Shown here in pieces: positions 19,559 through 28,293 of a DNA stretch of 64,000 bases. The notes below the pieces were generated by a model that worked only from the letters and a program-made list of their open reading frames with translations, did not search any database and was not told the DNA's origin. Each line of letters opens with the position of its first letter. Position 1 is the first letter of the stretch. The position numbers were made by a program, and so were the translations under genes. The DNA comes from Candidatus Bathyarchaeia archaeon (GTDB taxonomy: Archaea > Thermoproteota > Bathyarchaeia > Bathyarchaeales > Bathycorpusculaceae). The stretch is taken from the NCBI GenBank assembly GCA_038882955.1, contig JAVZNC010000002.1, positions 203,691 through 267,690 on the forward strand, written 5' to 3'.

Positions 19559-21337
19559 ATGTTGAACTCGGTAGAACTTTCAGCTCGTGAATTAGGAATG
19601 CTCAAGTTAATGGTGGACTTCTTCGCCGAAAAACCAGAGTTAACAGCAAAAATAGAAAGTTACACAACAGCCCACTATGCCTTACTGACAACGTACTCTG
19701 AAAACTTTGGCATACCCATAGAAGATTCTCTAAAGGCTTTTGAAGAGCTAAGGAAGAAGTTGATGGATGCCGAGTACGTCCATGTGAAAGCGCCAGAACC
19801 CATAAAGAAACTTTTGCCCTTAACACGCGATGAACTTAATATGCTGCGCGTTCTCGCTGACTATTTCTCCGAGAGTCCAAAAATGGCTCCTGCTGGGGCT
19901 TTCCTCTCTAGGAAAGAAGACGCTTTAGTTGAGACGTATTTATGGTTTTACGGAAACAGTGAAGGCAACGGCGAAGTAGCGAGGGAAACTCTCAAAAACC
20001 TAGTTGAGAAACTCCAAACGGCAGTTTTCGTCAAAGTGGATACATTGGCTCCTATTGCGGTTGCGCCAAACCCTTACGAAGCCGCCCTTAAACAGCTAGA
20101 CGTGGCTGTCGAAAAACTGAATCTTGACCCGGGCATACACGAAATATTAAAGCGTCCAATGCGTACCCTCATCGTTAACATTCCAGTAGTCATGGACGAC
20201 GGCAGCATTCAAGTTTTCACCGGATACCGCGTGCAATACAATGACGCTTTGGGTCCAACAAAGGGCGGCATAAGATACCATCCAGACCTAACCCTGGACG
20301 AAGTCACAGCCCTAGCCGCTTGGATGACGTGGAAAACAGCCGTAACAGGTTTGCCTCTTGGCGGAGGCAAAGGTGGAATCAGATGCAATCCTAAGGAGAT
20401 GTCAAGGGCAGAGCTTGAGCGCCTCACAAGAGGATATGTACGTGCCATAGCAAAGTTCATAGGACCCTTCACGGACGTGCCTGCCCCAGATGTGTACACA
20501 ACTGCGGAAATGATGGCTTGGATAATGGACGAATACAGTGAAATAGTCGGTTATCCAGTTTTCGGCGTGGTGACTGGAAAACCTGTTCATGTTGGCGGTT
20601 CTCATGGAAGAAGCGAGGCTACATCAAGGGGACTCATGTACACAGTTGTCGAGGCAGCCAAACATCTCGGAATAAATCTCAAGGGTGCAACAGTTGCAGT
20701 GCAAGGATATGGAAACGTAGGCTATCATGCGGCACGCCTGCTACATGAAATCGGATGCAAAATAATCGCGGTTTCAGACTCTAAAGGTGGCGTTTATAAC
20801 CCAGAAGGTTTGGACCCGGAAAAAGTTCTTGTTCACAAGGAGAAAACTGGTTCGGTGGTTGAATACCCTGGCAGCACTTTCATAACAAATGAGCAATTGT
20901 TAGAACTAGAATGCGACATCTTGGTTCCAGCGGCGTTGGAAAACCAAATAACAAAGGAAAACGCTGCAAACATAAAAGCGAAAATCGTTGCAGAAGGGGC
21001 TAACGGACCTACAACTCCAGAGGCGGATGAAATTCTGTTCAAAAAAGGCGTTTTCGTAATCCCCGACATTCTCGCCAACTCCGGCGGAGTGATTGTCAGC
21101 TACTTTGAACAAGTGCAAAATCAAATGAACTATTACTGGACTGAAGAAGAGGTTAGGAATAAACTGAAGGAAACAATAACCAAAGCTTTCCACGATGTGC
21201 TCAAAATGTCAAAACAGTACAATGTGAACATGCGCACAGCAGCCTACATGTTGGCCGTAAAAAGAGTGGCAGACGCGCTTGTAGCCAGAAAGGGCACAAC
21301 GTTCAGCCCCATCGTACCACCATTAACACCAAGTTAA
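19559..21337 (+). CDS. Glutamate dehydrogenase paralog with a ~170-aa N-terminal tandem-repeat extension.
   Basis: The C-terminal ~420 aa carry all GDH motifs (GGIRYHP, PLGGGKGG, VQGYGNVG, EGANGPTTPEAD). The N-terminus holds two ~80-aa repeats. The SD-like GGAAGGTG lies 8 nt before the ATG at 19559. An alternative GTG start is at 19550. Confidence 0.85.
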   Translation: MLNSVELSARELGMLKLMVDFFAEKPELTAKIESYTTAHYALLTTYSENFGIPIEDSLKAFEELRKKLMDAEYVHVKAPEPIKKLLPLTRDELNMLRVLADYFSESPKMAPAGAFLSRKEDALVETYLWFYGNSEGNGEVARETLKNLVEKLQTAVFVKVDTLAPIAVAPNPYEAALKQLDVAVEKLNLDPGIHEILKRPMRTLIVNIPVVMDDGSIQVFTGYRVQYNDALGPTKGGIRYHPDLTLDEVTALAAWMTWKTAVTGLPLGGGKGGIRCNPKEMSRAELERLTRGYVRAIAKFIGPFTDVPAPDVYTTAEMMAWIMDEYSEIVGYPVFGVVTGKPVHVGGSHGRSEATSRGLMYTVVEAAKHLGINLKGATVAVQGYGNVGYHAARLLHEIGCKIIAVSDSKGGVYNPEGLDPEKVLVHKEKTGSVVEYPGSTFITNEQLLELECDILVPAALENQITKENAANIKAKIVAEGANGPTTPEADEILFKKGVFVIPDILANSGGVIVSYFEQVQNQMNYYWTEEEVRNKLKETITKAFHDVLKMSKQYNVNMRTAAYMLAVKRVADALVARKGTTFSPIVPPLTPS

Positions 21338-21362
21338 CATCCCCCCTCCCCCCTTTTCTCTT

Positions 21363-21392
21363 ATGTACATTCAAGAATTTTTTATGAACATG
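21363..21392. promoter_or_regulatory. Paired boxes abutting the TATA-like element of the RHH-orphan gene (candidate autoregulatory operator).
   Basis: ATGTACAT (21363-21370) and ATGAACATG (21384-21392) are 21 bp apart centre to centre. TTTAAAAG follows at 21393-21400, and the ATG is at 21433. Confidence 0.3.
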
Positions 21393-21432
21393 TTTAAAAG
21401 CAACCGATTCAAAAAATAACCCGTGAAACAGC

Positions 21433-23391
21433 ATGTCCGTACACCTTCACACAACAATAACCAAAAAGACAAACGAGGTACTTGAAGAACTAGCAAAAAC
21501 CTATGGCACAAAAAGCCGCGTTCTCGAAAAAGCCGTAGAAACTCTGCTTAGGGTTGACAAAGTTGGTTCTTGCGATGATTGCACAATAAAAGCAAAAATT
21601 AACGAACAAACCAAACTGAGAGAGGCGCTTGACCTAACATCGGTTAGCAGAAAAAGCCTTGACAGCCTCCTTGAAGTTGCCCTTGGAAACAGAACAGTTG
21701 AAGACTTGATAAGGGAACAAAAAGCAGAGGCAAAGAACATAATCGAGATACTAAAAAGCTCTGTTGCATGGAGGGCTCCATCGACCTTCAAGGAGTTTCT
21801 ACTGGTCCTAGAAGAGATAAAAGGGCTTACAAACCTCTTTGACATTCCATCATACAGCGAAATCGACAGTGTAGCCGTGCTAAGACCCAGAGTCTTTAAA
21901 CGCTTACCCGTAATGGTTGCCTTCCAAATTGCCACAATATTAGAGGGCATAGGCGTAAATTTCGACTTGCGAATTATGGGTGAAGACATAGCCATAAAAA
22001 TGATTCGCCCCGAAATTTACCCATTAAGGAGAAAGGAATTCGGCGAATTCTTGGAGCAACAGATTGAAAAAGAACTAGCAAATGTAACTCCAGGCTTGTT
22101 CAAAAACACACTTATGCTTGTTGGACCAGCCTTCATGAATTGGGCTGAGAAGCATCTTGAGGAACCAGTAACAGAATTGGGCAACTTCATAGAAGATGCA
22201 AGAACCGTTCTCGGCATCGACGAGTTTCCGAGGGAGCCAAAAGATTTTGTTAAGACTATTCTTTCGGCCTTTGTCAAAATGAACTGGTTTAGGCAAGTTA
22301 AAGTTTTAACAGAGAAAGAAGAGAACACCTTAGAACTTGTTTTCCAAGCAACGACAGCTCAAACAGCTCGTTTATCCTTAACAGTACTTTCGATAATGCT
22401 TGCAACACGCGGATGGAAGCTACTGCATCACTCAATTGAACATGCAAACGTGAACATGACAATAAAATACGTAGGCGCAGAAGACCAAAGCATCCTAGAT
22501 CAACTAGCAGAACTCAACCTTTTCCAAATAATAGGAAAACAATTCCTAGATGTTGTTCCAATCCCCCGCGACCTCTTCAACTCCTTCGCTGCAAAAGTAT
22601 ACGAAAGTGACAGACAAAAATTTGAAGAAATATACCGCGCAACAGGAGTCCGCATCTCCAACGCCATCCGCATGCTTGCTCGGGGCGACCCAGAAAAAAT
22701 TGGTAGACTTTCCAAAAACTTTATCATCAAAAGCATCAGCGTGACGCAGCCCGACGCTGAAGTAAGGTTTGTTGACGACGAGCACTTCACCATCATTTTT
22801 AAGCGGATAGACCCCCTTGTAATGAACAGCCAACGCATCTTAATAGAATCCATGTTTAAGGAGCTAGGCTACGAAGTTTCAACAACGACATTCCAGAACC
22901 TACTAAGCTTTAAACTAAAACTTTTGGAAAAGCCAGTTCTAGAACCCTTACCGCGGAAAAAGCTTATGCAAACACTAATCGAAGGAATGTCATGCAACTC
23001 CATCGAAGAAGCTTTCGCCGTTGAAAGAGAACAGTTGGACGCGCTTTTTCCAGAAGACTACCCGTGGACTATCAAAGATGTCGGTGAAAGGCTTATTGAC
23101 ATGTACCGCGAACTCGGCATAGAAGTTGAAATAGAATATTTTGAAGGCGGCTTCACTCTCAAATACAAAAGTTGCCCCTATTACAAACTGGTCAAAACCA
23201 ATCAGAAGACTTGGCTCTGCGGTCTTCGGAAGAAAACACTAGAATACATTATTTCTAGGGTTAGCCACGGCAAAAAGGGGCGAATGAAAATAATAAAATC
23301 TCTGCTCCAGAATGAGCATCCATGCGAATACGCCATATTCCTAACAGGCTTCCTTGAAAAAGAAGAAAAACCAATTGAGACACAAAGCTAG
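21433..23391 (+). CDS. Orphan 652-aa protein with an N-terminal ribbon-helix-helix-like segment and a C-terminal Cys-triad V4R/MOD1-like module. Putative ligand-sensing regulator.
   Basis: The N-terminus VHLHTTITKKTNEVLEELAKTYGTKSRVLEKAVETLL fits a beta-alpha-alpha RHH pattern. The C-terminus is FTLKYKSCPYYKL..WLCGLRKKTLEYII..HPCEYAIFL. I recognise no other family. Confidence 0.4.
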   Translation: MSVHLHTTITKKTNEVLEELAKTYGTKSRVLEKAVETLLRVDKVGSCDDCTIKAKINEQTKLREALDLTSVSRKSLDSLLEVALGNRTVEDLIREQKAEAKNIIEILKSSVAWRAPSTFKEFLLVLEEIKGLTNLFDIPSYSEIDSVAVLRPRVFKRLPVMVAFQIATILEGIGVNFDLRIMGEDIAIKMIRPEIYPLRRKEFGEFLEQQIEKELANVTPGLFKNTLMLVGPAFMNWAEKHLEEPVTELGNFIEDARTVLGIDEFPREPKDFVKTILSAFVKMNWFRQVKVLTEKEENTLELVFQATTAQTARLSLTVLSIMLATRGWKLLHHSIEHANVNMTIKYVGAEDQSILDQLAELNLFQIIGKQFLDVVPIPRDLFNSFAAKVYESDRQKFEEIYRATGVRISNAIRMLARGDPEKIGRLSKNFIIKSISVTQPDAEVRFVDDEHFTIIFKRIDPLVMNSQRILIESMFKELGYEVSTTTFQNLLSFKLKLLEKPVLEPLPRKKLMQTLIEGMSCNSIEEAFAVEREQLDALFPEDYPWTIKDVGERLIDMYRELGIEVEIEYFEGGFTLKYKSCPYYKLVKTNQKTWLCGLRKKTLEYIISRVSHGKKGRMKIIKSLLQNEHPCEYAIFLTGFLEKEEKPIETQS

Positions 23392-23467
23392 GTTTAAGCA
23401 CCGTTCAGTAAGCATTTATTAGCACTAACACGTATGAAAACTATGAGGGTTGTCCTTGAGTTTTGAG

Positions 23468-24427
23468 ATGTGGGCTGAAAAGTACAGACCAAAAACATTG
23501 GATGAAATGGTTGACCAAAAGGAGATAGTTGAGCGATTAAAGAGCTTCGTTAAATCCAAAAATGTGCCACATTGCATTTTCGCTGGACCGCCTGGAACTG
23601 GAAAGACCACTGCTGCGCTTTGTTTGGCTAGGGACTTGTATGGAGATGCTTACCGAGAGCACATAATGGAGTTGAACGCTAGCGACGAGAGGGGTATAGA
23701 CGTTGTGAGGGAAACTGTCAAAACCTTTGCTCGTGTGCGGTCTATTGGCGAAATACCATTTAAACTTATGATTTTAGATGAAGCGGACAACATGACTGCC
23801 GATGCTCAGCAAGCCCTAAGGCGTACAATGGAGCGGTATACTGAAACATGCCGTTTCATTTTATGTGCAAACTACAGCGGAAAAATAATTGAGCCTATAC
23901 AGTCACGCTGCGCCCCGTTTCGTTTCACATTTCTGCCAAGGGAAGAACATGACAAATACCTTAAGTGCATAGCGGAAAACGAAGGCATCAAACTTCTGAA
24001 GGACGGATTGGACGCGATTTTTGAGGTTTGCGGCGGCGATTTGCGAAAGGCGATAAACACGCTTCAAGCTGCTGCATCGCTGAACAAGCCAATAGACGCG
24101 AAGGTTGTTTATTCCATTGCGGGTAGGGCTCACCCAGCAGATGTGCAGAAAATGATAGAAACTGCGATTAACGGCGACTTTCTAGAAGCCAGAAAACAAC
24201 TGCGCGACATGATTCAAAAATATGGTGTGGCTGGAAGCGACATAATTAGGCAAATTCACACCGAAATTTTCAGAGCGGATATTCCAGAGCCTTGGAAAAT
24301 AAAGTTGGCAGACATTGTCGGCGATATAGATTATAGGCTTGTTGAGGGCGCAGACGAGGAGGTTCAGCTAAGCGCCTTGTTGGCGAGGCTTGTGGAGGCT
24401 GGCTACGAGATTAAAAAGACAAGTTAG
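23468..24427 (+). CDS. rfcS: Replication factor C small subunit.
   Basis: MWAEKYRPKTLDE, GPPGTGKTT, ILDEADNMT, SRC motif (QSRCAPFRF). Confidence 0.9.
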   Translation: MWAEKYRPKTLDEMVDQKEIVERLKSFVKSKNVPHCIFAGPPGTGKTTAALCLARDLYGDAYREHIMELNASDERGIDVVRETVKTFARVRSIGEIPFKLMILDEADNMTADAQQALRRTMERYTETCRFILCANYSGKIIEPIQSRCAPFRFTFLPREEHDKYLKCIAENEGIKLLKDGLDAIFEVCGGDLRKAINTLQAAASLNKPIDAKVVYSIAGRAHPADVQKMIETAINGDFLEARKQLRDMIQKYGVAGSDIIRQIHTEIFRADIPEPWKIKLADIVGDIDYRLVEGADEEVQLSALLARLVEAGYEIKKTS

Positions 24428-24438
24428 GTGCAAAGTGT

Positions 24439-25698
24439 TTGTACGCTGCTTGGACTGTTAAGCACAAGCCAAAATCCCTAGACGAAATCGTTGGAAACAA
24501 AGAGGCTATCCAAACCTTTATTGAATGGATAAAATCTTGGGAGAAAGGCATACCCAAAAAACGTGCAGCTTTCATTTTTGGTCCTCCAGGCATTGGAAAA
24601 ACAGTTACCGTTGAGGCTCTTGCCGCTGATTTTAAGATGGAACTTGTTGAGAAAAACGCAAGCGACTATAGGACTGAAGAGGCGATTAACCGTTTTGCTG
24701 GTTTAGCTTCGCAGTATGGCTCGCTTTTCGGCGGCAAAAGAATCATACTGTTGGATGAGCTTGACGGGCTTACTGGCACAGCTGACAAGGGCGGCGTTAA
24801 AGCCATAACAGACATTGTTAAAATTGCCCAGTGCCCAATAGTTTTGATTGCAAACAACGCTTATGACCCAAGATTTGCCAATCTCCGCAACTACTGCCTA
24901 CTAATAGAGTTTAAGAAGCCGCCAACAAGCGAAGTCATGAAACATTTGAAGCGCATATGCATCCGTGAGGGAATACAAGCAGACGATGACGCCTTAAAGT
25001 TTATTGCACAGCGTTCAGAAGGCGATGTCCGCTCGGCAGTTAATGACCTTCAAGCATTAGCCCAAGGCAAGAAGAGACTGACGTATGAGGATGTTTCTTG
25101 GCTTGGCTATAGGGATAGGCAAGACACCATTTTTAATGTTTTGAGAATGATAATTTATGCGCGTACATGCAACAGCGCAAAACAAGCGTTTGACATGGCT
25201 GACGTTGACATTGATATGCTTTTTGAGTGGATTTACGAGAACGTTCCAGCGCATTTAACTGAACCGCACGATTTGGCAAGGGCTATGGATGCGCTTTCGA
25301 TGGCAGACGTCTATCGGGGCAGAATCCGCTCCACACAAGATTGGAGTTTCACGCGCTACGTTATTGATTACATGACCGCTGGCGTTGCAATGGCTAGGCA
25401 AAACACGAAGACACGCGGGTTTATACCATTCAAGTTTCCAACGCGCATACAAATGTTGTCTAGGTCCAAGGCTGAACGTGCAATACAACTAAACATTGGA
25501 CAGAAGATTAAGCGAAAATGTCACATATCCGCTAATAGAGCTTCAAAGGAGATAATCCCCTACCTTAAGATAATATTCAAGAATAATGTTGAAATGGCTG
25601 CCGGACTTGCAAAATGGCTTGATTTGGACGTGGAAATGATTGAGTATCTGACAGAGGATAAGAAAAAAGCGGATGCCATTGCTAAACTTGTAGGTTAA
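24439..25698 (+). CDS. rfcL: Replication factor C large subunit.
   Basis: WTVKHKPKSLDEIVG, GPPGIGKT, LLDELDG. It lies directly downstream of rfcS. TTG start. Confidence 0.85.
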   Translation: MYAAWTVKHKPKSLDEIVGNKEAIQTFIEWIKSWEKGIPKKRAAFIFGPPGIGKTVTVEALAADFKMELVEKNASDYRTEEAINRFAGLASQYGSLFGGKRIILLDELDGLTGTADKGGVKAITDIVKIAQCPIVLIANNAYDPRFANLRNYCLLIEFKKPPTSEVMKHLKRICIREGIQADDDALKFIAQRSEGDVRSAVNDLQALAQGKKRLTYEDVSWLGYRDRQDTIFNVLRMIIYARTCNSAKQAFDMADVDIDMLFEWIYENVPAHLTEPHDLARAMDALSMADVYRGRIRSTQDWSFTRYVIDYMTAGVAMARQNTKTRGFIPFKFPTRIQMLSRSKAERAIQLNIGQKIKRKCHISANRASKEIIPYLKIIFKNNVEMAAGLAKWLDLDVEMIEYLTEDKKKADAIAKLVG

Positions 25699-25734
25699 AA
25701 AGAAAAGGGAAGATTAAATTTTCCGCTTTTGTTA

Positions 25735-27834
25735 TTACTGCGGTGGCTGTGTTGGTTGTGCTGGTGGTGCCGCTTTTGGTTTTCTAAAAGGCATTAGGAG
25801 CGCTATTGCCGCCAAAACTAGTGCTATTATGCCGAGTCCTAAGCCGCCTAGAGCAAACATGAGTGTTGTAGTGTCAACAGCTTGAGCCGTTAGCGTTGTT
25901 GATGCGCTTTCGGCCGCTTTATAAATGTCGTCTCCGCTCCAGCTTGCTGTTATTTGCCATTGTCCAATTTGGTCTGCTGTGAATGTGTCTGTGAAAGCTC
26001 CTGCTTGGTTTGAATAAACAGTTTTTGTGCTTATTGAACCGTCTGGCTTCGTGTATTTGAGGGTTATTGTCGCTATTTTTGCTGGGTACAATGTGCCGCT
26101 TACGCTTATGTTTCCTCCGACTGTTGTTGTGTAGCTTGAGAGTGTTAGGACTATTAGGCTTGAAGCTTTTTCAACTGTGAATGTGGTTGTTGCGGCTGCT
26201 GTTTCATGCTCATAGTCGCCTTTCCAGCTTACTCGAATCATGTAGTTTCCAGCGGCTTCTGGGATCCAAGCGAACGTGTATTCTCCATTTTCGTTTGTTA
26301 TAACCTTGTCTAATGTTATTAGAACTGGTAAGGGGTCACGTGAAAATTCTATTGTTACTTCAGCGTTTGGTATTGGCGTGTCACCCGTTTCGTTTGTTAA
26401 TCTGCCGCTTATTGTCACTTGATTGCCTATAACAATGCTTGGCGAGCTTACATTCACAGTTATTGAACTCGCAACTTTGCTGACGCTCCATATTGCTAAT
26501 TCAGATTTTTCTGTAACAACCATGAGTTGCCATTTGTAACCCGCTGTTAGTACTTCGATGTTTCCATCATTGTCCACGTCGCCACAAGTGACATCTTCAA
26601 TGTTTGACGCTTCTTTCCATTCTGCTGTATCTTTTGTGGTTAAAGTTTTTCCGTCCCACGAGAAAATTGTGATAACTGGTGTGGAGCTGAAAAGTATTGC
26701 AACGTCTGAGCAGGCAATTATCTCGTTTTTGCCGTCCTTATCTATATCATATATCGTCACCGCTTTGCCTGATGTACCTGTAAGAAGCCCTACTAAGCCA
26801 TTCTCCACACTTAACTTCAATATTAAGAGGTTTCCGTCCCACGACCATATTCTTAATTGTGAATAGTAGTTTTCTCCGTTGAATTGTTTTCCAATTGTAA
26901 CAATTTCTTTCTTTCCATCAGAATCTATATCTCCTACCGCGGCGTCGACTGAGTATGTGTCTAGGTATGTGTACCATTTGGTGCTTGCTTTCCATGTAAG
27001 GTCTGCACCGTCCCAAGTGCATATCCCAAGCACTGCACAATCATGGCCAAGTGTTTTGTCGTAGAAGTATCCAGTAATAATTATTTCAATGGTTCCGTCC
27101 CCGTCTACATCGTCCACCGCCACCGAATGCCATTCGGTGTTTCCGCTGATGAGCCGCTCTTGGCTTGTTTCAAGTGTCAATTTTGTGTCAGTGATATTCC
27201 AAATTGTTATTACTCCATGAAATCCTGTTCCGGAGAGTGACGTGGTGTTTCTGTAGCCTACGGCAATTATCTCTGTCGTGTTGTCTTTATCCACGTCGCC
27301 TATTGCAACATCAAAAAACTTCGTTTCATTGACCTCAGTAGGCCAGTACTGAATGGTTTTCCTTTCCATCGCCGTTCCATTCCAACCTAAAACAATTAGC
27401 AATCCTTGTTCCATTATGCCTAGGAGTTTTCCGTACCCGGCTACCACAATTTCTGTGTCTGTTTTGTTGTCAACGTTTCCTAACGCTACGGCATAAAAGC
27501 GTGTGTCGGAGGACCACGTATATGTTTGGTCAATGATTTCTTTATGTTCTTCTGTTAAATATGTGCCATTCCAGTTCCAAACGTTCACTTCGCCCCAGTA
27601 AAAGTTCCACGTGGAGTTGTAAGTGTATCCCGCTGTAACAATTTCCGTTGCTCCATCTCCATCGATGTCTCCTGCGGCATTTGCCAATGAATAGCTATCA
27701 TTTTCCGTAAGCCATTCTTGATTCTTTTCTAAAGTGAGCCCGCTTGATGCGTGTGCTATGTTTGGCATAAAAGTCATTAGCAACGTTGCGACAATTAAAA
27801 ACCCTACAAATTTTTTGCCTAGTTTCTCTTTCAT
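25735..27834 (-). CDS. Secreted FG-GAP/VCBS-repeat (predicted 7-bladed propeller) surface protein with two Ig-like domains and a C-terminal TM anchor.
   Basis: Signal peptide ..MPNIAHASSG. There are seven GD[IV]DxDGxxEI[IV]..GY-type repeats. Two beta-sandwich-like segments follow. The C-terminus is LGGLGLGIIALVLAAIALLMPFRKPK plus a Pro-rich tail. Confidence 0.7.
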   Translation of the reverse strand: MKEKLGKKFVGFLIVATLLMTFMPNIAHASSGLTLEKNQEWLTENDSYSLANAAGDIDGDGATEIVTAGYTYNSTWNFYWGEVNVWNWNGTYLTEEHKEIIDQTYTWSSDTRFYAVALGNVDNKTDTEIVVAGYGKLLGIMEQGLLIVLGWNGTAMERKTIQYWPTEVNETKFFDVAIGDVDKDNTTEIIAVGYRNTTSLSGTGFHGVITIWNITDTKLTLETSQERLISGNTEWHSVAVDDVDGDGTIEIIITGYFYDKTLGHDCAVLGICTWDGADLTWKASTKWYTYLDTYSVDAAVGDIDSDGKKEIVTIGKQFNGENYYSQLRIWSWDGNLLILKLSVENGLVGLLTGTSGKAVTIYDIDKDGKNEIIACSDVAILFSSTPVITIFSWDGKTLTTKDTAEWKEASNIEDVTCGDVDNDGNIEVLTAGYKWQLMVVTEKSELAIWSVSKVASSITVNVSSPSIVIGNQVTISGRLTNETGDTPIPNAEVTIEFSRDPLPVLITLDKVITNENGEYTFAWIPEAAGNYMIRVSWKGDYEHETAAATTTFTVEKASSLIVLTLSSYTTTVGGNISVSGTLYPAKIATITLKYTKPDGSISTKTVYSNQAGAFTDTFTADQIGQWQITASWSGDDIYKAAESASTTLTAQAVDTTTLMFALGGLGLGIIALVLAAIALLMPFRKPKAAPPAQPTQPPQ

Positions 27835-27924
27835 GTTTTTCCATCCTTTTTACAAACGACCAAATATTGTGCAGTGCTGTGGTATTTAACAATTATTGAA
27901 TGAATTTTTTCCGAAGTCTAAATT

Positions 27925-28251
27925 CTAATGGATTTTGCTTCCTTCCGTTATGTCCTTTTCTGGCTGGAGTACCACTACGTTGCTCTTCTCGTCTTCAGCA
28001 GCTAAAATCATGCACTGCGATTCAACGCCCATAAACTTTCTTCTCTGAAGGTTCAGTATAAACGCACATTTCTTGCCAACAAGATCTTGGGGCTTGTACC
28101 ATTGTAGTAAGCCAGCAACTGCTTGCCGCTTTTCTGTCCCAAAATCCACAACCATCCTGATTAGGTTTCGCGAGCCTGGAATCTGGTTTGCCTCCAAAAT
28201 TTTTCCAACGCGCATATCCAATTTTTGGAATTCCTCAAACGATATTTCCAT
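27925..28251 (-). CDS. tRNA-binding OB-fold protein (Trbp111/CsaA/MetRS-C-like).
   Basis: FQKLDMRVGKILEA..NLIRMVVDFG.EKRQAVAGLLQWYKPQDLVGKK..ILNLQRRKFMGVESQCMILAA. Confidence 0.75.
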   Translation of the reverse strand: MEISFEEFQKLDMRVGKILEANQIPGSRNLIRMVVDFGTEKRQAVAGLLQWYKPQDLVGKKCAFILNLQRRKFMGVESQCMILAAEDEKSNVVVLQPEKDITEGSKIH

Positions 28252-28293
28252 TTTATTCGCCGTCCTTTTCAACATTTTTCAATAAAACTGCTA

